A DNA stretch of 64,000 nucleotides, taken from NCBI GenBank assembly GCA_963707985.1, contig CAVPRW010000020.1:32001-96000 (forward strand). The letters run 5' to 3'. The DNA comes from an uncultured Nitrospinota bacterium (GTDB lineage Bacteria > Tectomicrobia > Entotheonellia > J063 > CAVPRW01). Both the position numbers and the translations under genes were made by a program. The notes below the pieces were generated by a model that worked only from the letters and a program-made list of their open reading frames with translations, was not told the origin of the DNA and searched no databases. Each line of letters begins with the position of its first letter. Positions within the stretch are counted from its first letter, which is position 1. Positions 10,233 to 21,188 of the stretch are shown here, piece after piece.

Positions 10233-12718
10233 CACGTCCAGGCTGGGTAGCTAGCGCTGGCCTGCTCGGGCTAACGCTGGCTTTCTGTTACATGGGCAAT
10301 AGCTACCACGTATTTCTGCTGGCCTTGGTGGGCCTGAGCACAATCGTGGGGACCGGGCTCAATGTCCTGTTCGGCCTGAGCGGGCAGGTCTCGTTAGGTC
10401 ACGTTGGTTTCTATGCGATTGGAGCCTATACGAGCGCGATTCTGACGACTACAGTCGGTGCCAGTTTCTGGCTGGCATTGCCCGCAGCGCTCCTGCTGGC
10501 GGGACTGATCGGGACCGTGCTGGCGCTGCCAGCATTACGAGTAACCGGGCCCTATCTTGCCATGGTAACGATCGCCTTCGGGTTTATCATCGAACATGGC
10601 GCGGTTGAATGGCGAGGTCTCACGGGCGGGGCCAACGGCCTGATGAACATCCCGCTTCCCACGGCCTTCGGCTACGTCTTTGATGAGCGCGACGTGGTTG
10701 CCCTGATCGTTGGATGCACCGCCATCGTGCTGTGGTTGTTCTGGCGTTTGAGTGTGAGCCCATGGGGGCTGGCTCTGCGGGCCGTCCGCGACGCCGAGGT
10801 GGCAGCCCAAGGGCTCGGTCTCAATCCGCTGGTGCTGCGCACCGTGGCGTTTTCGCTGTCCGCCGTGGCCGCAGGGCTGGCAGGCGCGCTCTTTGCCCCA
10901 TTGACGACGTTCGTCAGCCCCAGTGCCTTCCCGTTTGTGCAATCGATTCTGTTTCTCCTCGCGGTCATCCTCGGCGGGGCGGGGATGGTGTGCGGACCTC
11001 TCATTGGTGCAGTCCTGATTGTCCTCCTCCCGGAGACCTTGTCGAGCCTAGCGGAATACCGCTTGTTTTTCTTCGGCGTGCTCCTTCTTGGAGTCCTCCG
11101 CATGGCCCCAGGAGGCGTGGCTGGCGTGATTGCCGATCGGCTTCGTCGATCGTGCCCTGGAGTCTGGCCAGAGACTGCTATCGACGTGGCAGTCTGGCTG
11201 GGACAGCGGGCACATGGCCAGGCTCTCCAAGTCGAGGGCTTGTCGCTGGCCTTCGGTGGTGTGCAGGCGGTGGCTGACGTGGGCTTTACAGCTCGCTCCG
11301 GGCAGATTACCAGTCTCATTGGGCCCAACGGTGCGGGCAAAACCAGTGTCATCAACGTGCTGAGCGGATTTTACCCGCCAGACGACGGTGTCGTCGCGCT
11401 GGGAGAGCAGCAGGTGCTTGGTCTGCCTTCGCATGCGATCGTGCGGCTGGGGATAGCACGTACCCACCAGGCCAGCCAGTTATTTCCGACCCTTTCTGTG
11501 CTCGAGAACCTCCTCATCGCCCTGCGGTGCGGCAGATTAGGCGCGCTTCTGCCCATGCACGGCGGTGTCCGGGATGAGGGTGAACCGGTGCAGCTTGCCC
11601 AGGGGCTCCTAGCCTTCGTGGGCTATGATGGTGCGGTGGAACGTCCGGCTGGAGGGCTCGCCCACGTCGACAAGCGGGTCGTGGAGATCGCGCGGGCTCT
11701 AGCGACACAACCGCAAGTGCTCCTCCTTGACGAACCAGCCGCCGGCCTGGGACCACAAGATATCGAGCGCCTGGGCAAGCTCCTGCGGCAGGTAGCCGAG
11801 GCTGGGATGGTTGTGGTCCTGGTCGAGCATCACATGTCATTGGTGATGGGCCTGTCAGACCATGTCGTCGTGCTGGACGCCGGCCGAGTCATCGCTGCCG
11901 GCAGCCCGGCACACGTGCGGCAGGATAAGGCTGTCCGCAAGGCCTACCTCGGCGAGCGCGCACACAAAGAGCTCACACGACCATCCACAGCAGGCAGACG
12001 TCAGGACGGTGTGCTCCTGGTCCATCAGCTCAGTGCGGGTTATGGCACGGCTCCAGTGTTACACGACGTAGACCTCACGGTGCACACCGGAGAACTGGTC
12101 GCCGTTCTGGGGGCCAACGGAGCTGGGAAATCGACCTTGATGCGCGCCCTCAGTGGCTTACACCGACCGGTGCAGGGGATTGTGCAGCTCGATCGCCAGG
12201 ACATCACCACTTCTACAGCCCATCGCATCGCCAGCGCCGGGCTTATCCTGGTGCCAGAAGGTCGTCAGGTCTTTCCCGAATTGACCGTCTTGGATAATAT
12301 CCGCCTCGGGGCATACAGTCGTCCCGGATTCGACGCCTCACGAGATCTCGAATCACTGTTGGCACGCTTCCCGGCGCTCACGCCACGGTTGCATGCACGG
12401 GCGGGCTTGCTCTCTGGGGGTGAGCAGCAGATGTTGGCTATTGCCCGTGGGCTGGTCGCTAGACCGACACTACTGCTGCTCGACGAGCCTTCTCTCGGTT
12501 TGGCACCAGTGCTGATCGATACGCTGTTTGGCGTGCTAGCAGCGTTGCGCAAGGGTGGGATCACCGTTCTGCTGGTCGATCAGCGGGTGGATTTGGCTCT
12601 GATGGTGGCCGATCGGGGCTATGTCCTGCAGAACGGACAGATGGTGCGAGAAGGTGCCGCCACTGACCTCCGCAATGATCCAGCGCTTGAAAAAGCCTAT
12701 CTTGGGGAGTTTGACTGA
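10229..12718 (+). CDS. Fused ABC permease plus two ATPase domains (LivM-LivG-LivF fusion)
   Basis: GQVSLGH permease motif; Walker A GPNGAGKT and GANGAGKS; LSGGEQQ; LLLDEP twice. Confidence 0.9.
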   Translation: MTRPGWVASAGLLGLTLAFCYMGNSYHVFLLALVGLSTIVGTGLNVLFGLSGQVSLGHVGFYAIGAYTSAILTTTVGASFWLALPAALLLAGLIGTVLALPALRVTGPYLAMVTIAFGFIIEHGAVEWRGLTGGANGLMNIPLPTAFGYVFDERDVVALIVGCTAIVLWLFWRLSVSPWGLALRAVRDAEVAAQGLGLNPLVLRTVAFSLSAVAAGLAGALFAPLTTFVSPSAFPFVQSILFLLAVILGGAGMVCGPLIGAVLIVLLPETLSSLAEYRLFFFGVLLLGVLRMAPGGVAGVIADRLRRSCPGVWPETAIDVAVWLGQRAHGQALQVEGLSLAFGGVQAVADVGFTARSGQITSLIGPNGAGKTSVINVLSGFYPPDDGVVALGEQQVLGLPSHAIVRLGIARTHQASQLFPTLSVLENLLIALRCGRLGALLPMHGGVRDEGEPVQLAQGLLAFVGYDGAVERPAGGLAHVDKRVVEIARALATQPQVLLLDEPAAGLGPQDIERLGKLLRQVAEAGMVVVLVEHHMSLVMGLSDHVVVLDAGRVIAAGSPAHVRQDKAVRKAYLGERAHKELTRPSTAGRRQDGVLLVHQLSAGYGTAPVLHDVDLTVHTGELVAVLGANGAGKSTLMRALSGLHRPVQGIVQLDRQDITTSTAHRIASAGLILVPEGRQVFPELTVLDNIRLGAYSRPGFDASRDLESLLARFPALTPRLHARAGLLSGGEQQMLAIARGLVARPTLLLLDEPSLGLAPVLIDTLFGVLAALRKGGITVLLVDQRVDLALMVADRGYVLQNGQMVREGAATDLRNDPALEKAYLGEFD

Positions 12719-12895
12719 GTCTCGTGCACACCTCTGCTCACCCTGCTCACCCGCGCCGTCGTGAGGCAGGACTGGGTGAAGGGGCGATGCCACTGGGAGA
12801 TGTTGATGGCGCGCAGTCTTATGAGCCACCGGATGAGCATGCCGGTGGTCGGTGAGCCGTTGATGTACTACCGAGGCACATGAGGAGAGTCGGAT

Positions 12896-13891
12896 ATGCC
12901 ATTGGAGACTGTGCCGATTATCGACATGGCGCCCTACCGCACAGGTCTAGAGGTGAGGAAGCGGGCGATAGCCGGACAAATTGGCGAGGCCTGCCGCGAC
13001 ATCGGTTTTCTGGTCATCACTGGGCATGGCGTCTCGCCCGGATTGATCGATGCCGTGGACGATGTCTCGCGAGCCTTTTTCGACCTACCGCTACAAGAGA
13101 AAATGCGTGTGGCACGCCCGGCACCGGACGTGACTCGGGGCTATATCCCCACCGAGGGCGAGAGTGTGGCCCGGAGTCGGGGCGAATATGCCCCGGGAGA
13201 TTTGAACGAATCCTTCATGATTGGGCCAATCGACGTGGGGGATGACGAGTACTATCGCTGTCCCGCGGCGGGAAAACATTTCTACCCCAATCTCTGGCCC
13301 GAACGTCGCCCCGCTCTACGCCAAGTCTATACAGCATATTATCGCGTCATGTCGGACCTCGCCCGCACCATGATGCGCCTCTTTGCCCTTGCCCTCGACC
13401 AACCCGAAACCTTCTTTGACGACAAGATCGACAAACACATCAGCCGTCTGCGGGTACGGAACTATCCTGCCCCACAGGTGCCTCCGCAGCCGGGGCAACT
13501 CCGTGCTGGCGCTCACACCGACTATGGGAGCCTCACCATCCTAAAGACGGAGGACAAACCGGGTGGGCTTCAGGTGTACACCAAAACTGGTATCTGGGTA
13601 GACGTACCCATCGTGGCAGGCTGCTTCATCGTGAATCTCGGCGATCTCATGGGACGCTGGACGAATGACCAGTGGGTTTCCACGTTACACCGTGTGGTGA
13701 ATCCACCCATGGAATCAGCCTCCATGAGCCGGCGTCAGTCTTTGGTGTTTTTCCACAATCCCAACTACGACGCCGTGATCGAGTGCATCCCGAGTTGTCA
13801 GGGACCAGGCAATCCTGCCAGATATCCGGTGACAACGTCAGGCGAGCATCTGCGCACGCAGTTCGTCCGCACGCAGACGCAGGCAGGGTAG
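12896..13891 (+). CDS. Isopenicillin N synthase-family 2OG-Fe(II) oxygenase
   Basis: HTDYGSLTIL, LHRVVNP and RQSLVFF motifs. Confidence 0.92.
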   Translation: MPLETVPIIDMAPYRTGLEVRKRAIAGQIGEACRDIGFLVITGHGVSPGLIDAVDDVSRAFFDLPLQEKMRVARPAPDVTRGYIPTEGESVARSRGEYAPGDLNESFMIGPIDVGDDEYYRCPAAGKHFYPNLWPERRPALRQVYTAYYRVMSDLARTMMRLFALALDQPETFFDDKIDKHISRLRVRNYPAPQVPPQPGQLRAGAHTDYGSLTILKTEDKPGGLQVYTKTGIWVDVPIVAGCFIVNLGDLMGRWTNDQWVSTLHRVVNPPMESASMSRRQSLVFFHNPNYDAVIECIPSCQGPGNPARYPVTTSGEHLRTQFVRTQTQAG

Positions 13892-14045
13892 GGACCCGAC
13901 TCGGTGAGGGCTGGCAGGAGAGCCGCCCCTGAGAAGATCGAGGCTCATCCACCCGCCAAGGTCGACGGCAGGCGCGGGCGGACAACGCGACAGCGATCTG
14001 CTCTCGCTGCTGGGAGGAGATGAGTGGAATCATCATGAGCGAGTC

Positions 14046-14336
14046 TTACGGCAATAGGGTGTAGAGGAGAATGGACCTTGGGGCCTCCCTGCGGGCCGCG
14101 AATAATTCCATAGCACTTCCGGTTGGAGGCTTTTGGAGCATTTCGCGTTGCGGATCCCACCGCTCGTTGCCCAACTGAGGGCGCTCACTCCTGTACCTCA
14201 TGTGAAGGGATTGAAACCCTCGGAAAAGGTGGCGGCACCACATGAGCTGTCGGTTCAGCAGCGCTTTCTGCCTCAGAACGGACACCCGAGCTGAGAGCTG
14301 CGGATGAGTCGGGATCGCGTGCGTTGGCGCGTGCAT
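14046..14336 (-). CDS. Hypothetical protein
   Basis: AGGAGG RBS before ATG; no recognisable motif. Confidence 0.35.
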   Translation of the reverse strand: MHAPTHAIPTHPQLSARVSVLRQKALLNRQLMWCRHLFRGFQSLHMRYRSERPQLGNERWDPQREMLQKPPTGSAMELFAARREAPRSILLYTLLP

Positions 14337-14913
14337 AGTTGTTCCTCCTGTTGGGTGTTGCGACAGCCGTAAGCCGTCCCCCCGGAATCCACAAGGGGGC
14401 GACCTCGATCGTCATTCCCCGGCAACCGTTACCTACGGGGCCAGCTGCATACCTCCTGAAAATAAAGCAACAGCCATGCCAGCTCTTTGCCTATCCCAGT
14501 GTGACCGTGATCGCGTCATTATGTGGTTGTTTTAAGAGGTGTTTCGAATGAGGCGTGGGGAGGCTTCGTCCTTGGGTAGGGATGCCTGGGCGCCACCACT
14601 CGCAGCACCCACCCCCATTTCTGGGGGTTCGAGTGGGGCTCTTCCCCCAGCACCCCCACTTGTGGGGACAGGCGGCAGATGGAGTTCGATGGCTGGCGTT
14701 GGCATTGGCGCGCTGTGGTGTCGCGCTCGGGGACATGCAGATGCTGGATGGAGCTATTGCGACCACCCACATCTACAGTGTCGCCGGCCTCACCGGCGAC
14801 CGCGCGGCGCGTGTCACCACGCACCCGCGTCGCACCTCGCCTCCGCTCGCGATGGGTGAGGACGGTGATCTTCTGCGGCTGCCTGCGGCCTACGGAGCAT
14901 GGCTTGGAACGGT

Positions 14914-16482
14914 TTACTTCAGCCGCACATCCTCGTAGGGGGCTGAGTAGATATAGAGCGGGATCAGGCCAAGCCCTGACTCCGCAACCCGCGGACCCAC
15001 GCCACTCAGGAAAGCCAACTGCCAGTTTGGGATAAACAAGGCCTTCTCCTGTATGATGCGCTGGATCTGGTGTAGGATGGCTTCCCGTTTGGTGGAGTCC
15101 CGTTCGTTTGCCTGCTGGCGAAAGAGTTCGTCGATCTCCGGCACGCTGCCCACCGCAAAGGTGCCTCCGCCCAATACGAACGCCTCGATGCGGGTGGCCG
15201 CATTGCCATAGGACCCGCTACCGCCATAACTGAGATGCTTTAGCTGCTGTTCCCGGCGCGCTGTGTTAAACGCCGCACGCTCCATCAGGCGCACTTTGGT
15301 GCGAATGCCAACCGCCCCTAGGTAATTGGCGACCCCTTCGGCCAGCGACCCATACGGTGGCCCGACGGCGATTTCTCCGCCGTCGAAGCCGTTGGGGAAG
15401 CCGGCTTCGCGCAACAGCTGACGGGCTTTCTCAGGATTATAGGCGGGAGGCTCCAGGGGGAGCGCAAAATCGAAGTCGGGCGGGATGATACTGCCCAGCG
15501 GTTTCGAGTATCCTAGGCTTTCGGCGTCGCTGAGGGTCTGCCGATCGATGGCATGATTTGCGGCGCGCCGCACGCGCACGTCCGCCCATGGGGAGGTGGG
15601 ATCCCATTGCGCGAAAATGTCCACCCATTGGGTAACAGTACCCAGCACGGGAACCAGTTTCAGATTCGGGTCGCGCTGGATCTCCTCCGCCACCGCGCCC
15701 AGTACCCCATAAGCAATGTCCGCTTCCCCCCGCTTCAGCATGGCCAATCGAGTGGTGTCCTCGGGGATGCTCTTCAGTACGAGCCGCTTGATATGCGGCA
15801 CCTTGCGCCAATAGCTCTCATTGGCCTCCAGGATTAGGCCGATGCCGGGGTCCTGACTCACAAATTGATAAGGCCCCGCCCCGACCGGGTGTTGCTTGAA
15901 CCCATCACCTCCGACCTTCTCGATGTACGCCTTGGGCACGATCCATGCTGCCCCCGTCGCGGGGGTGGCATACGTAGCCATGAAGTCTGGCCATGGTTCA
16001 TGCAAGTGGAACCGGACGCGATGGGGATCGACCGCCTCGACCTCCCGCACCCGAGTCTTCAACTCATTGGCCGCGGCACCTTTGTAGCGTTGGAAACTGA
16101 AGACCACGTCCGCCGCAGTGAAGGGATCGCCATTATGGAAGCGTACCCCCTGCCGCAACCGAAACTCGTAGACCAGCCCATCCGGACTCTCGGTCCACGA
16201 CTCTGCCAGGCTGGGGGTCATGATATTCCCCGGCATCGGTTTCACCAGCGCATCGTGCAGGGCATAGTAGAACAGCATGGGCGTGATGATCCCTTGATGC
16301 TCCGCCGGCTCAAAGTAGGTAGGCGCGATCGTAAAGTGGATTGCCCAGGTGACCTGGCCTTGAGGGGTTGCCTGCGCCGCGTGAGCCGTTCCAACCCCGC
16401 ACCACAGCGCCACCAGCGCTATCCAACTGACAACTGCCCATCGGATCTTCCCCGTCATCGATATCTCTCCTCTTGGCATCAT
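14914..16482 (-). CDS. ABC transporter substrate-binding protein, family 5 (peptide/nickel type), orphan
   Basis: Signal peptide; LAESWTES, FHNGDPFTAADVVFS, PVGAGPY, VRRAANHAIDR. Confidence 0.92.
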   Translation of the reverse strand: MMPRGEISMTGKIRWAVVSWIALVALWCGVGTAHAAQATPQGQVTWAIHFTIAPTYFEPAEHQGIITPMLFYYALHDALVKPMPGNIMTPSLAESWTESPDGLVYEFRLRQGVRFHNGDPFTAADVVFSFQRYKGAAANELKTRVREVEAVDPHRVRFHLHEPWPDFMATYATPATGAAWIVPKAYIEKVGGDGFKQHPVGAGPYQFVSQDPGIGLILEANESYWRKVPHIKRLVLKSIPEDTTRLAMLKRGEADIAYGVLGAVAEEIQRDPNLKLVPVLGTVTQWVDIFAQWDPTSPWADVRVRRAANHAIDRQTLSDAESLGYSKPLGSIIPPDFDFALPLEPPAYNPEKARQLLREAGFPNGFDGGEIAVGPPYGSLAEGVANYLGAVGIRTKVRLMERAAFNTARREQQLKHLSYGGSGSYGNAATRIEAFVLGGGTFAVGSVPEIDELFRQQANERDSTKREAILHQIQRIIQEKALFIPNWQLAFLSGVGPRVAESGLGLIPLYIYSAPYEDVRLK

Positions 16483-17057
16483 GTGTTACATGCAGGGCAA
16501 GGTCTACGACTTTCCTGTCCCAGATATCGCCGATCTCTAGCTGTCCGTCCTCCGAGACCCCAGACCAGAGGTCCAGAGCGCTGAGGCCGGACTATCTATG
16601 TCGGTCTCTTGACTTCGTGTGATTTTACACTAACTTGACTCCATTCGAGCCACTCCAGCGAAATTTTTCCTCCGGAGTGCTCTCGCTCGCTTCCGCAGCA
16701 AAGCGTGCACCGTGCTGTGTTGAATTGGCCGATGCCCGAGCGTTCCGCCCAGGGATGGTCCAACGGCATCCCACTGCGGCACGGATCAGCGCCCCGCAGC
16801 TTATGAGGATAGCGGGGACATGCGTGCCACAACCCGGCCAGGCTATGCTATAAACGCCACTCATCAACGGCGCTAGGGACATCGTGGCAGGCCCAAACGC
16901 CACCGCTGGCGGGCCTATTGCGAATATACCTAAGAATGATCAAGGTTAGGGACGGGTCAGCCTGGAGTACATTCTGCTACAGATGGTAGCGCGTTGGCCA
17001 TGAAGGAAGATGATCCTGCCGCGGCCGGGTGACGTTCGGCACGCTTTGGAGGGCAAT

Positions 17058-18143
17058 ATGACGCAGTGGACACCTGACACGGAGCGTGATGCACTGGCCC
17101 GGCGCTTTGTGCGCTTCGCCGACCAGGAGTGCGGCGACTATGCGCCGTTCTACGATCAATTGGCGCGCGGGATCGCCCGCGATCCGGACCTGCTCACCAT
17201 CGCGGCGCACTCCCGGAGCGGACAACAGGCGCCCAATCTGTTCCTAGCAGCGGTGCACTACCTGCTGCTGCGGGGCTCTGACCACGCGCTCACCGCGTTC
17301 TATCCCAGTGTGGCGCACCTCACGGCTGTGCCGCCGGGCGATCCTGTGCCCGCCTTCCATTCGTTCTGCCAGGACCACCGGGCCGCACTCATCGAGCTGA
17401 TCTCCACAGGTCTAGTCCAGACCAATGAACCGCAGCGGTGCACTGTCCTGCTACCGGCCTTCGCCACGGTGGCGCGCCTGACAGGCGGCACGCCATTGGC
17501 GCTGATCGAGGTCGGGGCCAGCGCCGGCCTCAACCTGCTGTTTGATCGCTACAGCTACGACTACGGGGCGGGACGGTCCGCAGGGGATCCCAGGTCGCCC
17601 GTCCGGTTTGCCTGTGCACTACGCGGTTCGGGGCTGCCGCCGATTCACGCGGATATGCTGCATGTGGGTACACGTCTCGGCATCGACCTCAACCCCATAG
17701 ACGCCGATGACCCACAGGCCTTGCTCTGGCTTCGTGCCCTAGTCTGGCCGGAGCACCCGGAGCGAGCGGTTCGGTTGCAGCAGGTCTTGACGCTGGCACA
17801 GCGCGAGCCACCTCGGCTTATTGCCGGGGATGCCCTAACGGTCCTGCCCGAGGCTGTCGCGGACGTCCCTGGGGGCACGGCCCTCTGCGTCTTCCATACC
17901 GCTACTCTGGCCCACTTCCCTCCCGAGGCGCGGGAGCGCTTTCGCTCGCTCATCCCTGAGCTCGCCCGCCAGCGCGACCTGTTCTGGCTGGCGAGCGAAG
18001 GCTCTGGGGAGCTAGGGCGGAGGGGGCAGTATGCGACCATCCTGACGGCGTTTCAAAACGGCCGCAGAACAGAGCATCAGCTGGCGTACAGTCACCCGCA
18101 CGGAGCCTGGCTCGAATGGCTGGACAACGGGGGTAGTGGGTGA
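17058..18143 (+). CDS. DUF2332 family protein
   Basis: VQTNEPQR, LIEVGASAGLNLLFDRY, WLRALVWPEHPER, HPHGAWLEWL; RBS GGAGG. Confidence 0.82.
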   Translation: MTQWTPDTERDALARRFVRFADQECGDYAPFYDQLARGIARDPDLLTIAAHSRSGQQAPNLFLAAVHYLLLRGSDHALTAFYPSVAHLTAVPPGDPVPAFHSFCQDHRAALIELISTGLVQTNEPQRCTVLLPAFATVARLTGGTPLALIEVGASAGLNLLFDRYSYDYGAGRSAGDPRSPVRFACALRGSGLPPIHADMLHVGTRLGIDLNPIDADDPQALLWLRALVWPEHPERAVRLQQVLTLAQREPPRLIAGDALTVLPEAVADVPGGTALCVFHTATLAHFPPEARERFRSLIPELARQRDLFWLASEGSGELGRRGQYATILTAFQNGRRTEHQLAYSHPHGAWLEWLDNGGSG

Positions 18144-18332
18144 ACAAGGTCTGCGAGCGCGAGATCTCGGGCGTGGCAGAGAGGCAATGCCAACGCTCGT
18201 GTGTCACAGTGCCGTCAGAAGTACGTTACCGGAGTCGCCCGGTGTTCGAATACAGGTCCTACCGACGGAAGGGTCCCCTCCCTGCCGCATATGCGTGGGT
18301 CGAGGACGTCAGCCAGAACAGGTCGCGCTGGC
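17968..18332. repeat. Perfect 23-bp inverted repeat GCCAGCGCGACCTGTTCTGGCTG (17968-17990 and 18310-18332)
   Basis: Exact reverse-complement match read from the sequence. Confidence 0.85.
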
Positions 18333-18640
18333 CTTCTGGGGTATTATCCAGGGGCTCAGTCACAAACTCGACCAAGACGCCATGATGCTCCACCTCATTA
18401 AGAATGACGCCGAGATGGACCGGATCGCGACTCAGGCGATCGATGGCACAGGCAATCACCACCGCCACGGCGTGCTGCCGAATCGCCTCTCGGAGTTCGT
18501 TCAAGTGCGGACGCTCCCATAGTTCGGTGCCGGAATATACCTCACGATAGACCTGCGTCTCATCGACCAGGTAGCCATGCGCTCCCGCGTATTGTCGGAA
18601 CTGTGCTTCTTGGGTCACCAGCGAGGTGCCGTCTTCCTCT
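18259..18640 (-). pseudogene. Serine recombinase (resolvase/large serine recombinase) catalytic-domain fragment
   Basis: EEDGTSLVTQE...YREVYSGTELWERPHL...AIDRLSRD...VEFVTEPLDNTPEG; lacks the N-terminal YxRVS and is truncated at the C-terminus. Confidence 0.75.
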
Positions 18641-19003
18641 GAGACCGATGATTACATCAGCGCTTCCTTGCTCGTTGTAAACCGTGACGCGGACCCGATA
18701 TCTTCCAGGGGCGAGACGCCATGCCGGATTCTGCCACTTTGGGAAATAGTGGCTCTCGTTCGTGAAGATGTAGCAATCCGGTTCACCTTCGAACTTCACT
18801 ACGATTGACATCGATTCATCGAAGTGGCCATGGACATCAATTTTTCGCGCTTGCATAATTCGTGCAGGGTCCTGCAGATTACCCGCTCGGCCCTGCGAAA
18901 TAACGGGGAGCAGAGGTTCTGGTTGCGAAGTCCAACGAGCCTGAATGTCACCAATGAAAGCTTTGGTAAGGTTATATGGTTTCGCTGAACAATCGCGCTG
19001 CAA
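18560..19003 (-). CDS. Hypothetical protein (possibly partial)
   Basis: 147-aa ORF with protein-like composition and lower GC. Confidence 0.4.
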   Translation of the reverse strand: MQRDCSAKPYNLTKAFIGDIQARWTSQPEPLLPVISQGRAGNLQDPARIMQARKIDVHGHFDESMSIVVKFEGEPDCYIFTNESHYFPKWQNPAWRLAPGRYRVRVTVYNEQGSADVIIGLRGRRHLAGDPRSTVPTIRGSAWLPGR

Positions 19004-19009
19004 CGGCCG

Positions 19010-19477
19010 TTACCGGCGAGACGCCATCATTTCCGACAGTTCTCGTTCAAACTTGACTAATACCTGCTGGTGGGTGGCAACGGCCTCTTCGAGGGGCCAA
19101 GCTTCCGCCGCATTTCCCGTCCTATGTGCATCGGCGATCGCGGCCTTTTGCCTGACAATGACTTCCTTCATGATGGGAATCCCCATGCACAGGGTATGGA
19201 GGCGGCCTTGAACGTCGGAGGTATAGAGCGTGAGCATCCGTCGTGTCATCTCGAACAGCTTGGGCATTGCCGCGTTCGCGGCGTCTTTCGCCACAACGCG
19301 CATGACTGCCTCGCACCTCCGCTGTGCGTCAACCCCCGCAGCCATGAACGTGAGCTGTGATGGGGCTGCGGACGTTAAGGCTGCCTTTGTCACCATCAAC
19401 ACGAGGCTCACGATGATGATGGCTGAGGGGTTCAAGGCGCGCTTGGTCCATGCGTGCGTGGATGCCCATGTCTCCAT
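19010..19477 (-). CDS. Hypothetical protein with N-terminal hydrophobic segment
   Basis: RBS GAGGGG; TM-like IIIVSLVLMV; helical C-terminus. Confidence 0.5.
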   Translation of the reverse strand: METWASTHAWTKRALNPSAIIIVSLVLMVTKAALTSAAPSQLTFMAAGVDAQRRCEAVMRVVAKDAANAAMPKLFEMTRRMLTLYTSDVQGRLHTLCMGIPIMKEVIVRQKAAIADAHRTGNAAEAWPLEEAVATHQQVLVKFERELSEMMASRR

Positions 19478-20339
19478 GACTCACCCCCTCGTTGGTACCC
19501 AATTTTCCACCTGGATTAGCGGTCAGATGCTCCTCAACCCTCTGGAGCTCGAAGAAGCTGCCGACTCTCACCGCCTCTTCAAACCCCTCCGCTGCCAACT
19601 GGTCGAGAGAGGCATCCAAGGCCTCAACGAGAATATCCTAGTGGGTTTTGCGTGGCACAAACCCGGCCACATCGGCGACCAACCGCCGCTAACGCTCGGG
19701 GTCGAGCCGAACCGTCAGGGCGATGGTGTCCTTCGTCCCATGGAAGACATTGGCCGCCGACGGGATCGTCGGTGACTGACACCCGTCACCCTACCTCTGC
19801 ACCACTCCAAAACACTAATGGCGGCAATTCATCGTAAAAATGGCCAAGTGTAACAGGGGGAGGGACCTCCCCTGGCCAATGTCCCTGTGCATCACCATGT
19901 AACCGCCTGGTGACCTGTGGAAGGGCTTGCAACGCGCCGATACCGCTTTGCCACAATTGATTGTGCAGCGAGCCTAGTAGCTGGCGGTCGGCACTCCAAC
20001 GCTGTGCAAGCGCTTACACCTTCGGTCCCTGTTGATAGAAGCTTATAAGGGCTTGGACGGTATCTGGAGAGAACAGTAAGAGATGAATACCAGAACTAAC
20101 TCGAAGGCCTCGGCCGCCACCGTGGCGATGTCCTCGGTCCGCATCCGCTCCAGCTACGGCCTTACCTGGTCGGGGTGGCGCTGGCTGAGGTGGTAGAGCC
20201 GCATTGGGCCCCGCCGGGCTGGTTCGCCACCGGCAGCCAGGCGGGCAGGACAGCGCCACAATCGATCCAGCGATCGCATGTACGTGGGGCATTGGTCCTC
20301 CTCTCCTCCCGCTCACCCCTTGGCTCATGGGTGAGGCGC

Positions 20340-21188
20340 CTATGCCTGGGCGAGCTGCTTGATCCGTGCGCTGATGTCCTCGATCGAGGGGATTGGATGA
20401 AAGACGTGGCCCGTCCTGATGGGGGCCATGCGGTTCGCCACGATGATGTAGGCCTTCGGCGGGAGAGGGAGGGGCAGCAGCGGCCGTGTCATGGACTCGG
20501 CAAACCGTACGAGCGCGATGAACGCGTGCTCCATATAGAGGAGTGCGTGCACCGGTGGATGACCATAGATCAGCGCTGTCGAACTCCCCGCCTCGGGGTT
20601 GCTGGGCAGCAGCAGATGCAGGACCACGGTGCCGGCATCCAACCGGGCGAGGAAGGCCTCGCGTGCCACGAGCGTGCGGTGTTCCATCACGACTCGATAG
20701 GCTCGAAGGCGTTGACCGTCGGCCTGCCAGTATGCGTCAAGCATCGGTGCAAAGATGTCTAACACGGGATACGTGCGCAGGTCCGTGTGACCGTGTGTGG
20801 TGAAGATGTCCGAGAGGCGGGCTGGGAGGGATTGCCGAAAGGCCCTGGAGAGATAGGGAAGGACGGCATTCTGGGCGCGCTGACCGGCATGCATGAATGC
20901 GTCGATCGCGTAGGCCAGTTCGTCTCGATCGGCATCTGCGAGAACAAAGCACTCCGGAAGGATCGGCATATCCTCGCCCAGGGTTGCGGCCATCCGGTGG
21001 GTGGCGCCGATGAACGACGTGAACGCATGCCACATTTCGGACACCGCATACGGGAGTAGTTCAAGCGTCACATGGGGCGGTGAGTATAGATGAACCACGG
21101 GTTGGGTTGCCCGAGCGGCCCATTGTTCATCAAGGGCTGAGCGCAACGCGACAAGATGCGTCAGCAGCCCAAGGGGTGGCTGAATCAT
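20340..21188 (-). CDS. Hypothetical protein, possible HEPN-like (R-x4-H)
   Basis: RBS GGAGGAGG; 282 aa; YRVVMEH motif. Confidence 0.55.
   Translation of the reverse strand: MIQPPLGLLTHLVALRSALDEQWAARATQPVVHLYSPPHVTLELLPYAVSEMWHAFTSFIGATHRMAATLGEDMPILPECFVLADADRDELAYAIDAFMHAGQRAQNAVLPYLSRAFRQSLPARLSDIFTTHGHTDLRTYPVLDIFAPMLDAYWQADGQRLRAYRVVMEHRTLVAREAFLARLDAGTVVLHLLLPSNPEAGSSTALIYGHPPVHALLYMEHAFIALVRFAESMTRPLLPLPLPPKAYIIVANRMAPIRTGHVFHPIPSIEDISARIKQLAQA

Noticed and set aside
14500..14880. GC-rich hairpin region as an ncRNA or IS end
   Set aside because: No recognisable family motif and no second copy in the window.
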